Source of the DNA: Magnetococcales bacterium
Lineage (GTDB): Bacteria > Pseudomonadota > Magnetococcia > Magnetococcales > DC0425bin3
Reading direction: 5' to 3'
Length of the DNA: 64,000 nt
Assembly: GCA_015231175.1 (NCBI GenBank)
Contig: JADGBZ010000001.1
Span: 18,407 to 82,406 of the forward strand
The position numbers were made by a program, and so were the translations under genes. Shown in pieces: positions 43,680 to 53,948 of the stretch. Position 1 is the stretch's first letter. Each line of letters begins with the position of its first letter. The notes under the pieces were generated by a model. The model made no database searches and was not told the origin of the DNA. It saw only the letters and a list, made by a program, of their open reading frames with translations.

Positions 43680-45389
43680 ATGACGATGAATATTCTTGTT
43701 AATTTGGTATTTATTGCTGCAATATGTTTCACTTCTGTTGCTGTTGGCGCCTTTATACTATTGCGCACATTTCAAATTTCATCCAACTCAGCATTTTTGT
43801 TGGGAGGCGGTTATTTTGTCGGCATGAGTGTTTTTATGTCTGCGCTGCGCATCATAACATCCTTCACCCACAATCTTAAATCAGGGGCAATTTTCTCACT
43901 CTGCCTTCTGTTTGTATTAACACTACCAAACTTCAAACATGTAAAATACCTGTTCATGCGTGCTGTTGATTTTAAACTCCGTGCAATTCTTGCAACCATA
44001 TGTTTCTTGATTTTCTTGTATGTTTTTTTGATAGGTCTTTGGTTCGACCAGACTGGCTTCCACTGGAGCGGATCCCTGCATGCAGACCGATATGCTGCCA
44101 TATCCGATCTGTTTGCTTTACTCAACGACATCCCTGTCATCAACCAAAACTCGGGACAAGCCATTCTTTCTGCGATCCCCTCCGTATTCGGATATGCACT
44201 CCCCAATTTTTCCCTGAACATGTACTTGTTCGTCTCCGTGGTTGCCATAGCTGTTTTATTTTTCGGTTTATTGAGGGTTTATGGCGCCTCGCGTAAACTG
44301 GCCGTCATGGGCTCATCGATTGTCATGCTCGGCAATTGCACTCTCTCTTTGAGCCATGTTTTGATACTTGATTCGGGAAGTCCCTGGCTTTTTGTCGGTT
44401 ATTTTGATTCCTTGGAAGCCATAGCGACTGCCCTCATTTTCATTGTCGCCGCATCAGACCCTCGTTCGGCTCTGAATGGTCGGCCGTTGCGATGGAATAC
44501 AGACGTATGGCCCCTTCTACTGCCGTTTTGTTTTGGCATCTCCTCCCATCAGGTTGGCCCGCAAAATCTCTTGATTCTACTGCCTATTCTTGGCCTGTGG
44601 TTCATTTTGTCGTTCTGGAAGAGGTTTCCTCTGCGTCTCTCTTTGGGACGTGTCGTTCTCCCATTGATCGTTGGTAGCTCTATCGGATTTTTTCATGGAG
44701 GCATGACAACACCAAGAACATTTCACACCGACCTGTCGAAATATAAAAACGAAGGAACACAAAAATTAATGAGCATGAAAAGTCACAGCAGTTCGATCTT
44801 ATTGTATCCAGTCATGCCTTACCGATTTTTTGATGGCGCAGGCTGGAGGGCGGGCAAGGCAAAATACCTCTTGAATAAGTTTGATGTAGATTATTTTATC
44901 AAAACATCCAAAAACCCTCGTTCTGCACAAGTAATTCTATGGAGCCTTGAAGAGGAGATTTGGACCGCAGCACGCATCATGTTTTTTCCTCTCCTGGGAA
45001 TCACTTTGTTTTGGGTGCATCTCAGAAGGAGATACTTTGATCAATCTGCCAAAAAATTAAATAGCCCTGAAACTTTCACTGACAGAACGTTCCTGTTGCA
45101 TCTATTTTTTGCTGGCATAGCCTCCATTTCTCTGTGTCTTGGATTTCTTGTTTCGTTCAGCGTCGCGATCTTTGGCTACAAATGGGAACTGTCCCGCTTT
45201 TCCATGCTTGGCAACACAATGGGTATGCTTATTCTTATTTTAGCTGTTGATGCGCATCTATCTCACTTGACAGATGCGTCAAAAAACAGAATTTTTGCCT
45301 TCCTTTGTTTTTTAACCATGTTTGGTCCGCTGCTGAACAACACACTCCTTTCCTTAGGCAATTTATCTCTCCTGCTCGCACGATTTTAA
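43680..45389 (+). CDS. Polytopic integral membrane protein of unknown function (AT-richer than its surroundings)
   Basis: About 570 aa with about 14 hydrophobic helices and no motif recognised. Start trimmed to ATG 43680 (MTMNILVNLVF...). The region is visibly more AT-rich than its neighbours; I did not compute this. Confidence 0.6.
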   Translation: MTMNILVNLVFIAAICFTSVAVGAFILLRTFQISSNSAFLLGGGYFVGMSVFMSALRIITSFTHNLKSGAIFSLCLLFVLTLPNFKHVKYLFMRAVDFKLRAILATICFLIFLYVFLIGLWFDQTGFHWSGSLHADRYAAISDLFALLNDIPVINQNSGQAILSAIPSVFGYALPNFSLNMYLFVSVVAIAVLFFGLLRVYGASRKLAVMGSSIVMLGNCTLSLSHVLILDSGSPWLFVGYFDSLEAIATALIFIVAASDPRSALNGRPLRWNTDVWPLLLPFCFGISSHQVGPQNLLILLPILGLWFILSFWKRFPLRLSLGRVVLPLIVGSSIGFFHGGMTTPRTFHTDLSKYKNEGTQKLMSMKSHSSSILLYPVMPYRFFDGAGWRAGKAKYLLNKFDVDYFIKTSKNPRSAQVILWSLEEEIWTAARIMFFPLLGITLFWVHLRRRYFDQSAKKLNSPETFTDRTFLLHLFFAGIASISLCLGFLVSFSVAIFGYKWELSRFSMLGNTMGMLILILAVDAHLSHLTDASKNRIFAFLCFLTMFGPLLNNTLLSLGNLSLLLARF

Positions 45390-45504
45390 AGCACGGCCTT
45401 GATCAAGGCGATGATCATCGCAAGACCTACTGCCATCGCTGGCGTGCAGGCCGGCCACCTTTCCAGTCCATGGATATGCCAAATCCGAACTGGCCGGCAA
45501 AAGC

Positions 45505-45665
45505 GTAACCATTCGGCACCCTCTGCAAGAAAGGCTTGGATATGAAGGCCTCTGTCAGGGCTTCGTCCCGAACCCCACCAGGGCGTTGCCCTGGACCTGC
45601 CAGGGAGCCAGCCTCCTGGACCCCGATGCAAAAGGCGATCACGGCATCGGGTGTACCCATTGCCA
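45505..45665 (+). mobile_element. MITE family A, copy 4 (right end eroded, boundary uncertain)
   Basis: GTAACCATTCGGCACCCTCTGCAAGAAAGGCTTGGATATGAAGGCCTCTGTCAGGGCTTCGTCCCGAACCCCACCAGGGC...CTGCCAGGGAGCCAGCCTCCTGGACCCCGAT. Similarity decays after 45627. Confidence 0.7.
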
Positions 45666-45787
45666 ATGCAATGTCCCGTTGACGCGGGGCGCATCTTGAA
45701 CCAGATCGGGAAACGCTCTACACTGCGACGCAGGGGGAGGTTCGTGTCCGAGCGTTTGTGGCTCGGCATGCATGAGCCACCCCGGTT

Positions 45788-46185
<398 letters not shown>

Positions 46186-46339
46186 CTCCCCTCATGGCAT
46201 GGAAAGTTTGAGCAGTTGCCGATTGCCCTGAAATCGTTGCGGAAGAGGTTGAAAATTTGGGGCGGTTCAATATACCCTTTCGCTTTTATCTTCTGATCGG
46301 GTTGGGTGCGGAGCCATGGCAAGGGAGTAGAGCAAGGAG

Positions 46340-48298
46340 ATGAAAAAAAAGGGTCAACCTGCCCGTTTGTTCTCACCTCCCGAATTGAACCGGGCGTGGA
46401 CCATTGCGGACTCCCTTGAGCTGTACAACGTACCCGGTTGGGGCATCGGTTTTTTTGGCGCCAATGAGCAGGGGCACCTGACCGTATCTCCTCTCCTGGA
46501 CCAGGGGCCTGCGCTTGATCTTCTTAAATTGACAGAAAATATCCAAAATCGCGGCACATCACTGCCGGTTTTGATCCGATTTTCGGACATTCTGCGCGTG
46601 CGCATCCAGACCCTGCAAGCCTGTTTCCAGAAAGCCAGGGAGGAGTACGCCTATCGAGGCCGCTATATCGGCGCCTACCCGATCAAGGTCAATCAGCAAC
46701 GGCAGGTGGTCGAAGAGCTTGTTGCGTTTGGTCATGATATCGATATGGGACTGGAGGCAGGCTCCCGACCGGAACTCCAGATCGTCCTGGCCCTTCTCGA
46801 CAACCCGGATGCCCCGATCATCTGCAACGGGTACAAGGATGATGAGTTCATCCACCTGGCCCTGATGGGACAACAGATGGGGCGCAACATCCATGTGGTG
46901 ATCGAGAAGCCCCAGGAGTTGAACAAGCTTTTGCTTATTGCCAAAGAGTTGAATATTCGCCCCAACATTGGTTTGCGCATCAAACTGGAGGCCAGCAGCA
47001 TCGGCAAGTGGTGGGAAACTTCCGGTGGACTCTCCTCAAAATTTGGCTTGACCGCCATGGAAATCCTGGATGCCGTCGAAATCATCCAGGCCCAGGACAT
47101 GCTGGATTGTGTGCGCCTGCTCCATTTCCATATCGGTACCCAGATTTCAAATATTCGCAAATTCAAAAACGCCCTGCGCGAGACAACCCATTTTTATGCC
47201 GAACTGCGCCGTCTCGGGTGCCAGGTCCAATATGTGGATATCGGTGGCGGTCTTGGGGTCGATTATGACGGGTCGCAAACCACCAAGGATTCGTCGGTCA
47301 ACTACTCCATCCAGGAGTATGCCAACGACGTAGTGGCCTATCTGCAAGAGGTGTGCGAAATCAAGAATCTGCCCCATCCGGACATCATCTCGGAAAGTGG
47401 CCGCGCCCTGACGGCCCACCATGCCATGCTCGTTTTCAATGTCCTGGAGGTTGCCAGTTCGGTTCCATTCGATCGGCCCGTCACCCACTCCCTGAACGAC
47501 GCACCGGAGATCCTTGAGCTGGCCAAGATGCTCGAAGATCTCAACGAAAAAAATGCCCTTGAGGTGTGGCACGACACCCTGCAACTCAAGGAAGATTTTC
47601 AGAAAATGTTTACCCTGGGCGCCCTGGATCTCGTGCAACGTTCCAAGGGGGAACGATTGGTGCGCCAGATCGCTTTCCGCATCGATGAACTGGCCCGCAA
47701 GATGGCCAAGCCATCCTCCGACCTCTCAACCACCACGGAATATCTGCTCGACAAATACTATTGCAACTTTTCGCTTTTTCAGTCACTCCCCGACCATTGG
47801 GCCATCGACCAGCTTTTTCCGGTTGTGCCCTTGCAGCGCCTCGATGAACGACCCTCCCGGCTGGGCACCCTGCAGGACATCACTTGCGACTCCGACGGCA
47901 GCATGGACCATTTTATCCATCGAGAGGGTGGGGCCAAGCGGTTTCTCGAACTGCATCCCCTGAAAAAGGGGGAACCCTATTTGTTGGGGGTCTTTTTGAC
48001 CGGGGCTTATCAGGAGATCCTGGGCGACATGCACAATCTCTTCGGCGATACGGATGTGGTCCACGTCTCTGTGGCAACCACCGAACAGGGTTGGGAGTTC
48101 CGTCAGGTACTGGCCGGCGAACTGGTGCGGGATGTCCTGAAACATGTCTCCTACGATCCGGAAGAGCTTGTCCGCCGAGTGGGACATCTGACCCGCAAGG
48201 CCGTCAGCGAAAGAAAAGCGAACCCGGAACAGGCCCGTGCCTTCGTGCGCGCCTATGCGGCATCCCTGAATGACTATACCTACCTGGAAACGAGTTGA
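46340..48298 (+). CDS. speA: Biosynthetic arginine decarboxylase
   Basis: 652 aa: WTIADSLELYNVPGWGIGFF..N..G, YPIKVNQQ, HFHIGTQI, GGGLGVDYDG, and C-terminal FLTGAYQEILGDMHNLFGD. Confidence 0.92.
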   Translation: MKKKGQPARLFSPPELNRAWTIADSLELYNVPGWGIGFFGANEQGHLTVSPLLDQGPALDLLKLTENIQNRGTSLPVLIRFSDILRVRIQTLQACFQKAREEYAYRGRYIGAYPIKVNQQRQVVEELVAFGHDIDMGLEAGSRPELQIVLALLDNPDAPIICNGYKDDEFIHLALMGQQMGRNIHVVIEKPQELNKLLLIAKELNIRPNIGLRIKLEASSIGKWWETSGGLSSKFGLTAMEILDAVEIIQAQDMLDCVRLLHFHIGTQISNIRKFKNALRETTHFYAELRRLGCQVQYVDIGGGLGVDYDGSQTTKDSSVNYSIQEYANDVVAYLQEVCEIKNLPHPDIISESGRALTAHHAMLVFNVLEVASSVPFDRPVTHSLNDAPEILELAKMLEDLNEKNALEVWHDTLQLKEDFQKMFTLGALDLVQRSKGERLVRQIAFRIDELARKMAKPSSDLSTTTEYLLDKYYCNFSLFQSLPDHWAIDQLFPVVPLQRLDERPSRLGTLQDITCDSDGSMDHFIHREGGAKRFLELHPLKKGEPYLLGVFLTGAYQEILGDMHNLFGDTDVVHVSVATTEQGWEFRQVLAGELVRDVLKHVSYDPEELVRRVGHLTRKAVSERKANPEQARAFVRAYAASLNDYTYLETS

Positions 48299-48331
48299 GC
48301 GCGTTGCCAGAGCAAGACCGGTTTGACATAG

Positions 48332-48480
48332 GTAACTGTTCAACACCCTCTCAAAGAAAGCCTTGACATGAAAACTTTTGTCATAGCTTCACCCCGAACC
48401 CCACCAGGACACCGTCTTAGGCCCTGCCAGGGAGCCAGCCACCTGGACCCCAATGCGTTACCAGGCGCCGAACAGTCGGC
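48332..48480 (+). mobile_element. MITE family A, copy 5
   Basis: GTAACTGTTCAACACCCTCTCAAAGAAAGCCTTGACATGAAAACTTTTGTCATAGCTTCACCCCGAACCCCACCAGGAC...CTGCCAGGGAGCCAGCCACCTGGACCCC...GCCGAACAGTCGGC. It abuts the stop codon of the convergent AMMECR1 gene. Confidence 0.8.
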
Positions 48481-49068
48481 TCACTCCTTGAACTTTTCAG
48501 CCATATAGACAAAAATTTCCGGATGTTGTTGACAGCAGTTCCCCGGCAGGCCAGCCTTTTGGCAGAGGTGGCGCAGGAATTGTTCCGGATCGGGAAGTTG
48601 CTCCCACACCTGAGGCAGGAAAGTGGCGCGGCGTCCTTGCAGGGATAGGGTCACGCCGTGAATGCCGGGTTGCAGCCGGACCATCAGATCGGCAACATCC
48701 CGATAGGGAAATGGCTGGGGTGGAGTCAGAAGAGAGACTTCGATGCGTATCTCCGGGAGAACCTCGACCTTCAGAGGTGGAAAACGGGGATCCCGGGTGG
48801 CTGAAGCCACGGCATTCTCCAGCAGATCGTTCACCAGTGGGCGGTGCGCCTCCAGAGAACCGATACACCCCTGGAGTTGGCCCGCACGGGTCAGGGTGAT
48901 GAAGCAAGCGCCGGGCTGTTGCAATTCGGGTTGCGCCGCGACAACGGCTGCCGGCATCAATCCCGGTTTCCCGGCCAAAACCTGCTGCAAATGGGTCCGC
49001 ACCAACGTTGTCAAAGATTGGCCTTGCATGGGTTCCACTCCCTGATTTTTGGATTGCATCCTGCCCAA
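48481..49068 (-). CDS. AMMECR1-domain protein
   Basis: ACFITLTRAGQLQGCIGSLEAHRPLVNDLLENAVASATRDPRFPPL, the AMMECR1 core signature. Several in-frame starts are possible. Confidence 0.85.
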   Translation of the reverse strand: MGRMQSKNQGVEPMQGQSLTTLVRTHLQQVLAGKPGLMPAAVVAAQPELQQPGACFITLTRAGQLQGCIGSLEAHRPLVNDLLENAVASATRDPRFPPLKVEVLPEIRIEVSLLTPPQPFPYRDVADLMVRLQPGIHGVTLSLQGRRATFLPQVWEQLPDPEQFLRHLCQKAGLPGNCCQQHPEIFVYMAEKFKE

Positions 49069-49170
49069 GCCCGCACTCTAGCAAAAATATCGACGCATGG
49101 TCATGCCTTTTCATCTGTGCCGACCACGCCAACCATCGCTGAGTTTGCCCGGCAGTTGGTATTATTCCCG

Positions 49171-49318
49171 GTATTTGTTCAGCACCCGACAACGCATTGG
49201 AGTCCAGGGGGCTGGCTCCCTGGCAGGGCCTTGGACGGTGTCCTGGCAGGGTTCGGGGCGAAGCCCTGACAAAGTCTTTCATATCCAGGCTTTTCTTGAA
49301 GGGGTGGTGAATAGTGAT
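49171..49318 (-). mobile_element. MITE family A, copy 6
   Basis: GTATTTGTTCAGCACCCGACAACGCATTGGAGTCCAGGGGGCTGGCTCCCTGGCAGG...GGGTTCGGGGCGAAGCCCTGACAAAGTCTTTCATATCCAGGCTTTTCTTGAAGGGGTGGTGAATAGTGAT. Its right end overlaps the annotated start of the SBP gene. Confidence 0.8.
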
Positions 49319-51170
49319 GCATTTTCAGGGTTCCACTTGTTGTCTGGGAGGTGCGCAGGTGTCCATATCGAATCGCATACTCTTGTTCATGACCGTATAC
49401 CTTGTATGGGTGACACCCCTCTTCGCCGCCCATGGCCTCAGCCTGGATGGCCAGTTGAAATACCCTCCCGGTTTCGAGCGCTTTGCGTACACATCTCCGA
49501 AGGGCGTAGTCGGAGGTGAACTGGCTCTGCATGGGATCGGGGGGTTTGACAAGATGAACCCTTATACCCTGAAGGGCGACGCCCCCGATCTGTTGGGAAC
49601 GTTGGTTTTTGAAACCCTGACCATCCGCTCTCTGGACGAACCCTTCTCTCAATATGGTCTGCTGGCCAAGGATATGGAAGTGGCTCCAGATGGCCTGTCT
49701 GTCGTGTACACTCTGGATCCGGCGGCACGTTTTGCCAATGGCACTCCAGTCACGGCCAACGACGTGCTCTTCTCCTTTAATGCCCTCATGTCGGAGAAGG
49801 CACATCCCCTTTATCGGAGTTACTGGCAGGATATCGAACGAGTCGAGATCGCTTCCGAGCAGGTGGTCCGTTTTCATTTTCGCCGCAAAAATCGGGAACT
49901 GCCCCTGATTGCCGGTGAAATACCGGTTTTAAGCCAAGCTGCTTTTGCCGGACGCAATTTCGACCAGGCCGATTTGACACCCCCCCTGGGATCCGGGCCT
50001 TATCGGGTAAAATCCTTTGAGACCGGCAAAAACATCACTTACGAACGGCGTGCCGACTATTGGGGATGGCATCTTCCCGTCCGCCGCAGCCAGTTCAATT
50101 TTCAACTGGTGGCGATCAAATATTTTCGGGATCCCCAGGTGGCGTTGGAGGGATTCAAGGCCGGCGTGTTCGACTTTATGGCGGAGAACAATTCCAAACA
50201 GTGGGCACGCGACCATCAGGGAGAGAAATTTGATCAGGGACGCATCGTCAAGGAGACCCTGCCACACAAAAACAGCGCCGGCATGCAAGGGTTTGTCATG
50301 AATCTGCGGCGCCCCTTTTTCAAAGATATCCGGGTGCGCAAGGCCTTCAATTTGGCCTTTGACTTCGAGTGGTCCAACCTCAATCTGTTCTACGGACAGT
50401 ATACCCGGTCGGAGAGTTATTTCACCAACTCCGACATGGCGGCCAAAGACTCTCCGTCGCCAGAAGAGTTGGTCCTGCTGGAACCGCTCCGGGCACAATT
50501 GGATCCGGCGGTTTTTCAGGACGCACCGTCACCTCCGTCCACCACCCCTCCCCACTCCTTGCGCGACAATCTGCGCCAAGCCGCCACCCTGCTGCGCGAA
50601 GCGGGCTGGCGCATGGGACCGGATGGCACCCTGGTCAACGCTGAAGGCAAGCCCTTTGTGGTAGATGCCCTGCTCGGCATGCAGGCCTTTGAACGGGTGA
50701 TGGCGCCTTATGCGGAAAATCTGCGTAAGCTGGGCATACGGATCAATTATCGCACCGTTGATCTCTCCTTGTATCAACACCGCCTGGAAAGTTTTGACTT
50801 CGACATGATTGTCGGTACCTTCGGCCAGTCCCTTTCGCCAGGGAATGAACAACGGGACTATTGGCACTCTTCCCAGGCCCAGGTGCCGGGGAGCCGCAAC
50901 CTGATCGGCATCGAAGACCCCGCCGTGGATGCCCTGATCGATCATATCATCTACGTCAAGAATCGTCCGGCCCTGATCACAGCCTGCCGCGCCCTGGATC
51001 GGGTGTTGCGCAGCGGTTGGTACCTCGTGCCCCACTTCCATATTCCTTTGCATCGCATCAGCTACTGGAACCAATTTGACAAACCCGCCACCTTGCCGCT
51101 GTATTACACGCCGCATGACTGGCTTTTTACCTGGTGGAGAAAAGATGCCTCCGAGGGAAACAAACCGTGA
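49314..51170 (+). CDS. ABC transporter periplasmic substrate-binding protein, family 5 (YejA-like)
   Basis: About 615 aa. Signal peptide ILLFMTVYLVWVTPLFAAHG and peptide/opine-type SBP features (YTSPKGVVGGEL...). Followed by a YejB-like permease. The true start is uncertain because the 5' end lies in a MITE. Confidence 0.8.
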   Translation: MMHFQGSTCCLGGAQVSISNRILLFMTVYLVWVTPLFAAHGLSLDGQLKYPPGFERFAYTSPKGVVGGELALHGIGGFDKMNPYTLKGDAPDLLGTLVFETLTIRSLDEPFSQYGLLAKDMEVAPDGLSVVYTLDPAARFANGTPVTANDVLFSFNALMSEKAHPLYRSYWQDIERVEIASEQVVRFHFRRKNRELPLIAGEIPVLSQAAFAGRNFDQADLTPPLGSGPYRVKSFETGKNITYERRADYWGWHLPVRRSQFNFQLVAIKYFRDPQVALEGFKAGVFDFMAENNSKQWARDHQGEKFDQGRIVKETLPHKNSAGMQGFVMNLRRPFFKDIRVRKAFNLAFDFEWSNLNLFYGQYTRSESYFTNSDMAAKDSPSPEELVLLEPLRAQLDPAVFQDAPSPPSTTPPHSLRDNLRQAATLLREAGWRMGPDGTLVNAEGKPFVVDALLGMQAFERVMAPYAENLRKLGIRINYRTVDLSLYQHRLESFDFDMIVGTFGQSLSPGNEQRDYWHSSQAQVPGSRNLIGIEDPAVDALIDHIIYVKNRPALITACRALDRVLRSGWYLVPHFHIPLHRISYWNQFDKPATLPLYYTPHDWLFTWWRKDASEGNKP

Positions 51171-52216
51171 CCGCCTATATCTTGCGGCGGTTGTTGCTCA
51201 TGTTTCCAACCCTGTTGGGCATCATGGTTCTGACTTTTGCCGTGATCCAGTTTGTACCGGGCGGGCCCGTGGAAAAAATGGTCTCCCAGCTGCAAAACCA
51301 CCCCCAGGGAGAGGTGTCCGGCAGTGGGCAGCGGGGCACATACCGAGGCGGAGAGGGGTTGGATCCGGAACAGATTCGTGCCCTGAAAAAACTCTATGGC
51401 TTTGACCGGCCCGCTCCGGAACGCTTCCTCCACATGATGTGGAACTATCTCCGCTTCGAGTTTGGCGACTCCTATTATCACCACCGCCGCGTGGTGGATC
51501 TGGTGATCGACAAGTTGCCGGTATCGATTTCTCTCGGCATGTGGACCTTTTTCCTGACCTATCTGATCAGCATTCCCCTGGGCATCCGCAAGGCTGTGCG
51601 CCACGGCAGCCGCTTTGATGTGGCAACATCCACGGTGATCATGGTGGGCTACTCCATTCCAGGCTTTGTGCTGGGCATTTTGTTGATCGTCTTGTTCGGT
51701 GGCGGAAGCTTTTGGGATGTTTTCCCACTGCGCGGCCTTGTTTCGGACAACTGGGCCACCCTCCCCTGGCCGGAGCGAATCACGGATTATCTGTGGCACA
51801 TGGTTTTGCCCATCGTGGCAGCCTCGGTGGGTTCCTTTGCTGTCATGACCATGCTGACGAAAAACAGTTTTCTGGAGGAAATTTCCAAACAATACGTGAT
51901 GACGGCACGGGCCAAGGGGTTATCGGAACGAAGCGTTCTCTATCGCCATGTTTTTCGCAATGCCATGATTCCTCTGGTGACGGGTTTCCCGAGCTCTTTC
52001 GTAGCTGCCTTTTTCAGCGGCAGTCTGCTCATCGAGACCATCTTCAGTCTGGACGGTCTGGGATTGCTGGGTTATGAATCGGTCATCAATCGGGACTATC
52101 CCGTTGTCATGGCGACCCTGTACTTCTATACTATTCTCGGGTTGCTGACCAAGCTCGTGACCGATCTGACCTACGTTCTCGTGGATCCCCGCATCACCTT
52201 CGATCGGGCCCGATGA
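51167..52216 (+). CDS. ABC transporter permease (YejB/DppB-like)
   Basis: ILRRLLLMFPTLLGIMVLTFAVIQFVPGGPVE (typical N-terminus) and the EAA-loop region YVMTARAKGLSERSVLYRHVFRNAMIPLVT. GTG 51167 overlaps the SBP stop (GTGA). Confidence 0.88.
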   Translation: MTAYILRRLLLMFPTLLGIMVLTFAVIQFVPGGPVEKMVSQLQNHPQGEVSGSGQRGTYRGGEGLDPEQIRALKKLYGFDRPAPERFLHMMWNYLRFEFGDSYYHHRRVVDLVIDKLPVSISLGMWTFFLTYLISIPLGIRKAVRHGSRFDVATSTVIMVGYSIPGFVLGILLIVLFGGGSFWDVFPLRGLVSDNWATLPWPERITDYLWHMVLPIVAASVGSFAVMTMLTKNSFLEEISKQYVMTARAKGLSERSVLYRHVFRNAMIPLVTGFPSSFVAAFFSGSLLIETIFSLDGLGLLGYESVINRDYPVVMATLYFYTILGLLTKLVTDLTYVLVDPRITFDRAR

Positions 52217-53094
52217 CGAAAGGACTCAACATGTCTCAGGCTTTGACGATCGACGACATCTGGAATTTGTTTCAGGAAACCAATCATGTGCTTCAGGAGT
52301 CGATTCAGGAGTCACGGGCCTCGTCCCGAGAGTTAAGGATCTCCATTCAGGAGACGAATTCCTCACTTCAGGCATCCAAAGAGGCATGGGATCGGCAATT
52401 CCAGGCATCCAAAGAGGCATGGGATCGGCAATTCCAGGCATCCAAGGAGATATGGGATCAACGCTTCCTGGAGAGCAGGCTGGAGAGTGCCCGATGGGCA
52501 CAGGAAGCCGAAGCCAGGCTGGAACGTGACCTTCAGGAAACCAGGCGGGTCATGCAGGAGAGCAGAGCCGAGACAGAACGGATATCCCGGGATACAGACC
52601 GGAAATTCCAGGAAACGGACCGACAATTCAAGGAAACAGACCAAAAAATCAAGGAGGTTTCAACCCTGGTCGGCAGACTGGGTGGTCGCTGGGGAGAGTT
52701 TGTGGAAGGTATGGTGGCGCCAGCCTGTGAAACCCTCTTCGCCGAGAGGGGCTTTCCCATCCACCGGGTCAGTCCCAGAATCAAGGCCAAACTGCCCAAC
52801 AATCGCCACATGGAGATCGACCTGTTGGTCGTGAACACAGACATGGTGGCCCTGGTGGAGGTCAAGAGCAAGCCGACCCACGAGGACGTACAGGGGCATT
52901 TGTCGCGTTTGGCTGAATTCAAGGAATTTTTTCCCGAGTATGCACATCGGCGCGTACTGGGGGCCGTTGCCGGCATCGTGATCGAAGAAAACGTCAGCCG
53001 CTACGCCATGAACGCTGGACTGTTCGTCCTCGTCCAGTCAGGTGACACCATGCTGTTGGCCAACACGGCCACTTTCACTCCCCTGGTTTGGTAA
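52213..53094 (+). CDS. Coiled-coil + PD-(D/E)xK-like (restriction-endonuclease fold) protein, DUF3782-like; intact paralog of the pseudogene at 29372..30210
   Basis: The N-terminal half is heptad-rich with three QASKE(A/I)WD(R/Q)(Q/R)F repeats. The C-terminal half carries ...HMEIDLLVVN...VALVEVKSK... (D...E-x-K spacing typical of PD-(D/E)xK nucleases). The ATG overlaps the permease stop (ATGA). The family name is from memory and has not been searched. Confidence 0.6.
   Translation: MTKGLNMSQALTIDDIWNLFQETNHVLQESIQESRASSRELRISIQETNSSLQASKEAWDRQFQASKEAWDRQFQASKEIWDQRFLESRLESARWAQEAEARLERDLQETRRVMQESRAETERISRDTDRKFQETDRQFKETDQKIKEVSTLVGRLGGRWGEFVEGMVAPACETLFAERGFPIHRVSPRIKAKLPNNRHMEIDLLVVNTDMVALVEVKSKPTHEDVQGHLSRLAEFKEFFPEYAHRRVLGAVAGIVIEENVSRYAMNAGLFVLVQSGDTMLLANTATFTPLVW
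52369..52467 (+). repeat. 3 x 33-bp in-frame tandem repeat
   Basis: CAGGCATCCAAAGAGGCATGGGATCGGCAATTC occurs twice perfectly (52369-52401 and 52402-52434), plus a diverged third copy (52435-52467). Confidence 0.9.
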
Positions 53095-53101
53095 AATCCG
53101 C

Positions 53102-53135
53102 ACAACGATTCAGCACCCTCGCACGAAAGATCAGG
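53102..53135 (+). repeat. Solo left-end fragment of MITE family A
   Basis: ACAACGATTCAGCACCCTCGCACGAAAGATCAGG compared with the consensus GTAACCATTCAGCACCCTTTCAAGAAAAGCCTGG. No similarity beyond this. It is followed by a hairpin, GATCAGGCAGCC-TTCG-GCTGATC. Confidence 0.5.
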
Positions 53136-53215
53136 CAGCCTTCGGCTGATCCGCCTGCAACGCGAACCGGGATCCGGGGGCGGTTTCCTTCCAGCATCTT
53201 CCGGTCGGCCCTCTT

Positions 53216-53932
53216 TCAGCCCAGGCCCATGCGCCGGGCGATCTCCTGGTAGGCCTCTTCCACGCCACCCAGATCCCGGCGAAAGCGATCCTTGTCCAGC
53301 TTCTTGCCGGTCGCTGTGTCCCAGAGGCGGCAGGTGTCCGGAGAGATTTCATCGGCCAGAATCAAAGGATGATGACCCGAAGTGGGGCGACCAAATTCGA
53401 GCTTGTAATCGACAAGCGTGATGTTGATCGAAGCAAAATAGGCCAGCAAGGCGTCATTGATGCGGTGACTCATCTCCACGATGGCTTCCATCTCTTCCTC
53501 TGTGGCCCAGTCGAAAATCTCGATGTGGTCCAGAGTGATCAATGGATCGCCCAGGGCATCGGACTTCAGGTAGAACTCGACAACGGGCCTGGAAAGTCGT
53601 TCACCCTCCTCCCGCCCCAAACGTTTGGCCATGGAACCGGCGGCCCGGTTGCGCACCACCACCTCGACGGGGACGATCTCCACCCGTTGTACCAGTTGCT
53701 CCCGGGGAGTCAGTTGCCGCACGAGATGGGTGGGAATGCCCACAGCGCCAAGAATGGTGAACAGACGGGAAGAGACCATGTTGTTGACCACACCCTTGTC
53801 AACGATGGTCCCGCGTTTTTCGCCATTGAAGGCCGTGGCATCGTCCTTGAAATATTGGATGACCAGATCAGGATCGTCCGTGGCAAACAACACCTTGGCC
53901 TTGCCTTCATACAGCTTGTCGCGTTTTTCCAT
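53216..53932 (-). CDS. purC: Phosphoribosylaminoimidazole-succinocarboxamide synthase (SAICAR synthetase)
   Basis: Trimmed to [39 protein letters not shown]... (the classic PurC N-terminus), 238 aa. RBS GGAGGAGAG precedes ATG 53932. Confidence 0.92.
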   Translation of the reverse strand: MEKRDKLYEGKAKVLFATDDPDLVIQYFKDDATAFNGEKRGTIVDKGVVNNMVSSRLFTILGAVGIPTHLVRQLTPREQLVQRVEIVPVEVVVRNRAAGSMAKRLGREEGERLSRPVVEFYLKSDALGDPLITLDHIEIFDWATEEEMEAIVEMSHRINDALLAYFASINITLVDYKLEFGRPTSGHHPLILADEISPDTCRLWDTATGKKLDKDRFRRDLGGVEEAYQEIARRMGLG

Positions 53933-53948
53933 GGCTTTCTCTCCTCCG

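Noticed and set aside
45497-45635. Possible 8-bp TSD for MITE copy 4 (GCAAAAGC at 45497-45504 versus GCAAAAGG at 45628-45635)
   Set aside because: It would imply an element lacking its right terminal repeat. A chance 7/8 match is more likely, so I left the right boundary of this copy as uncertain.
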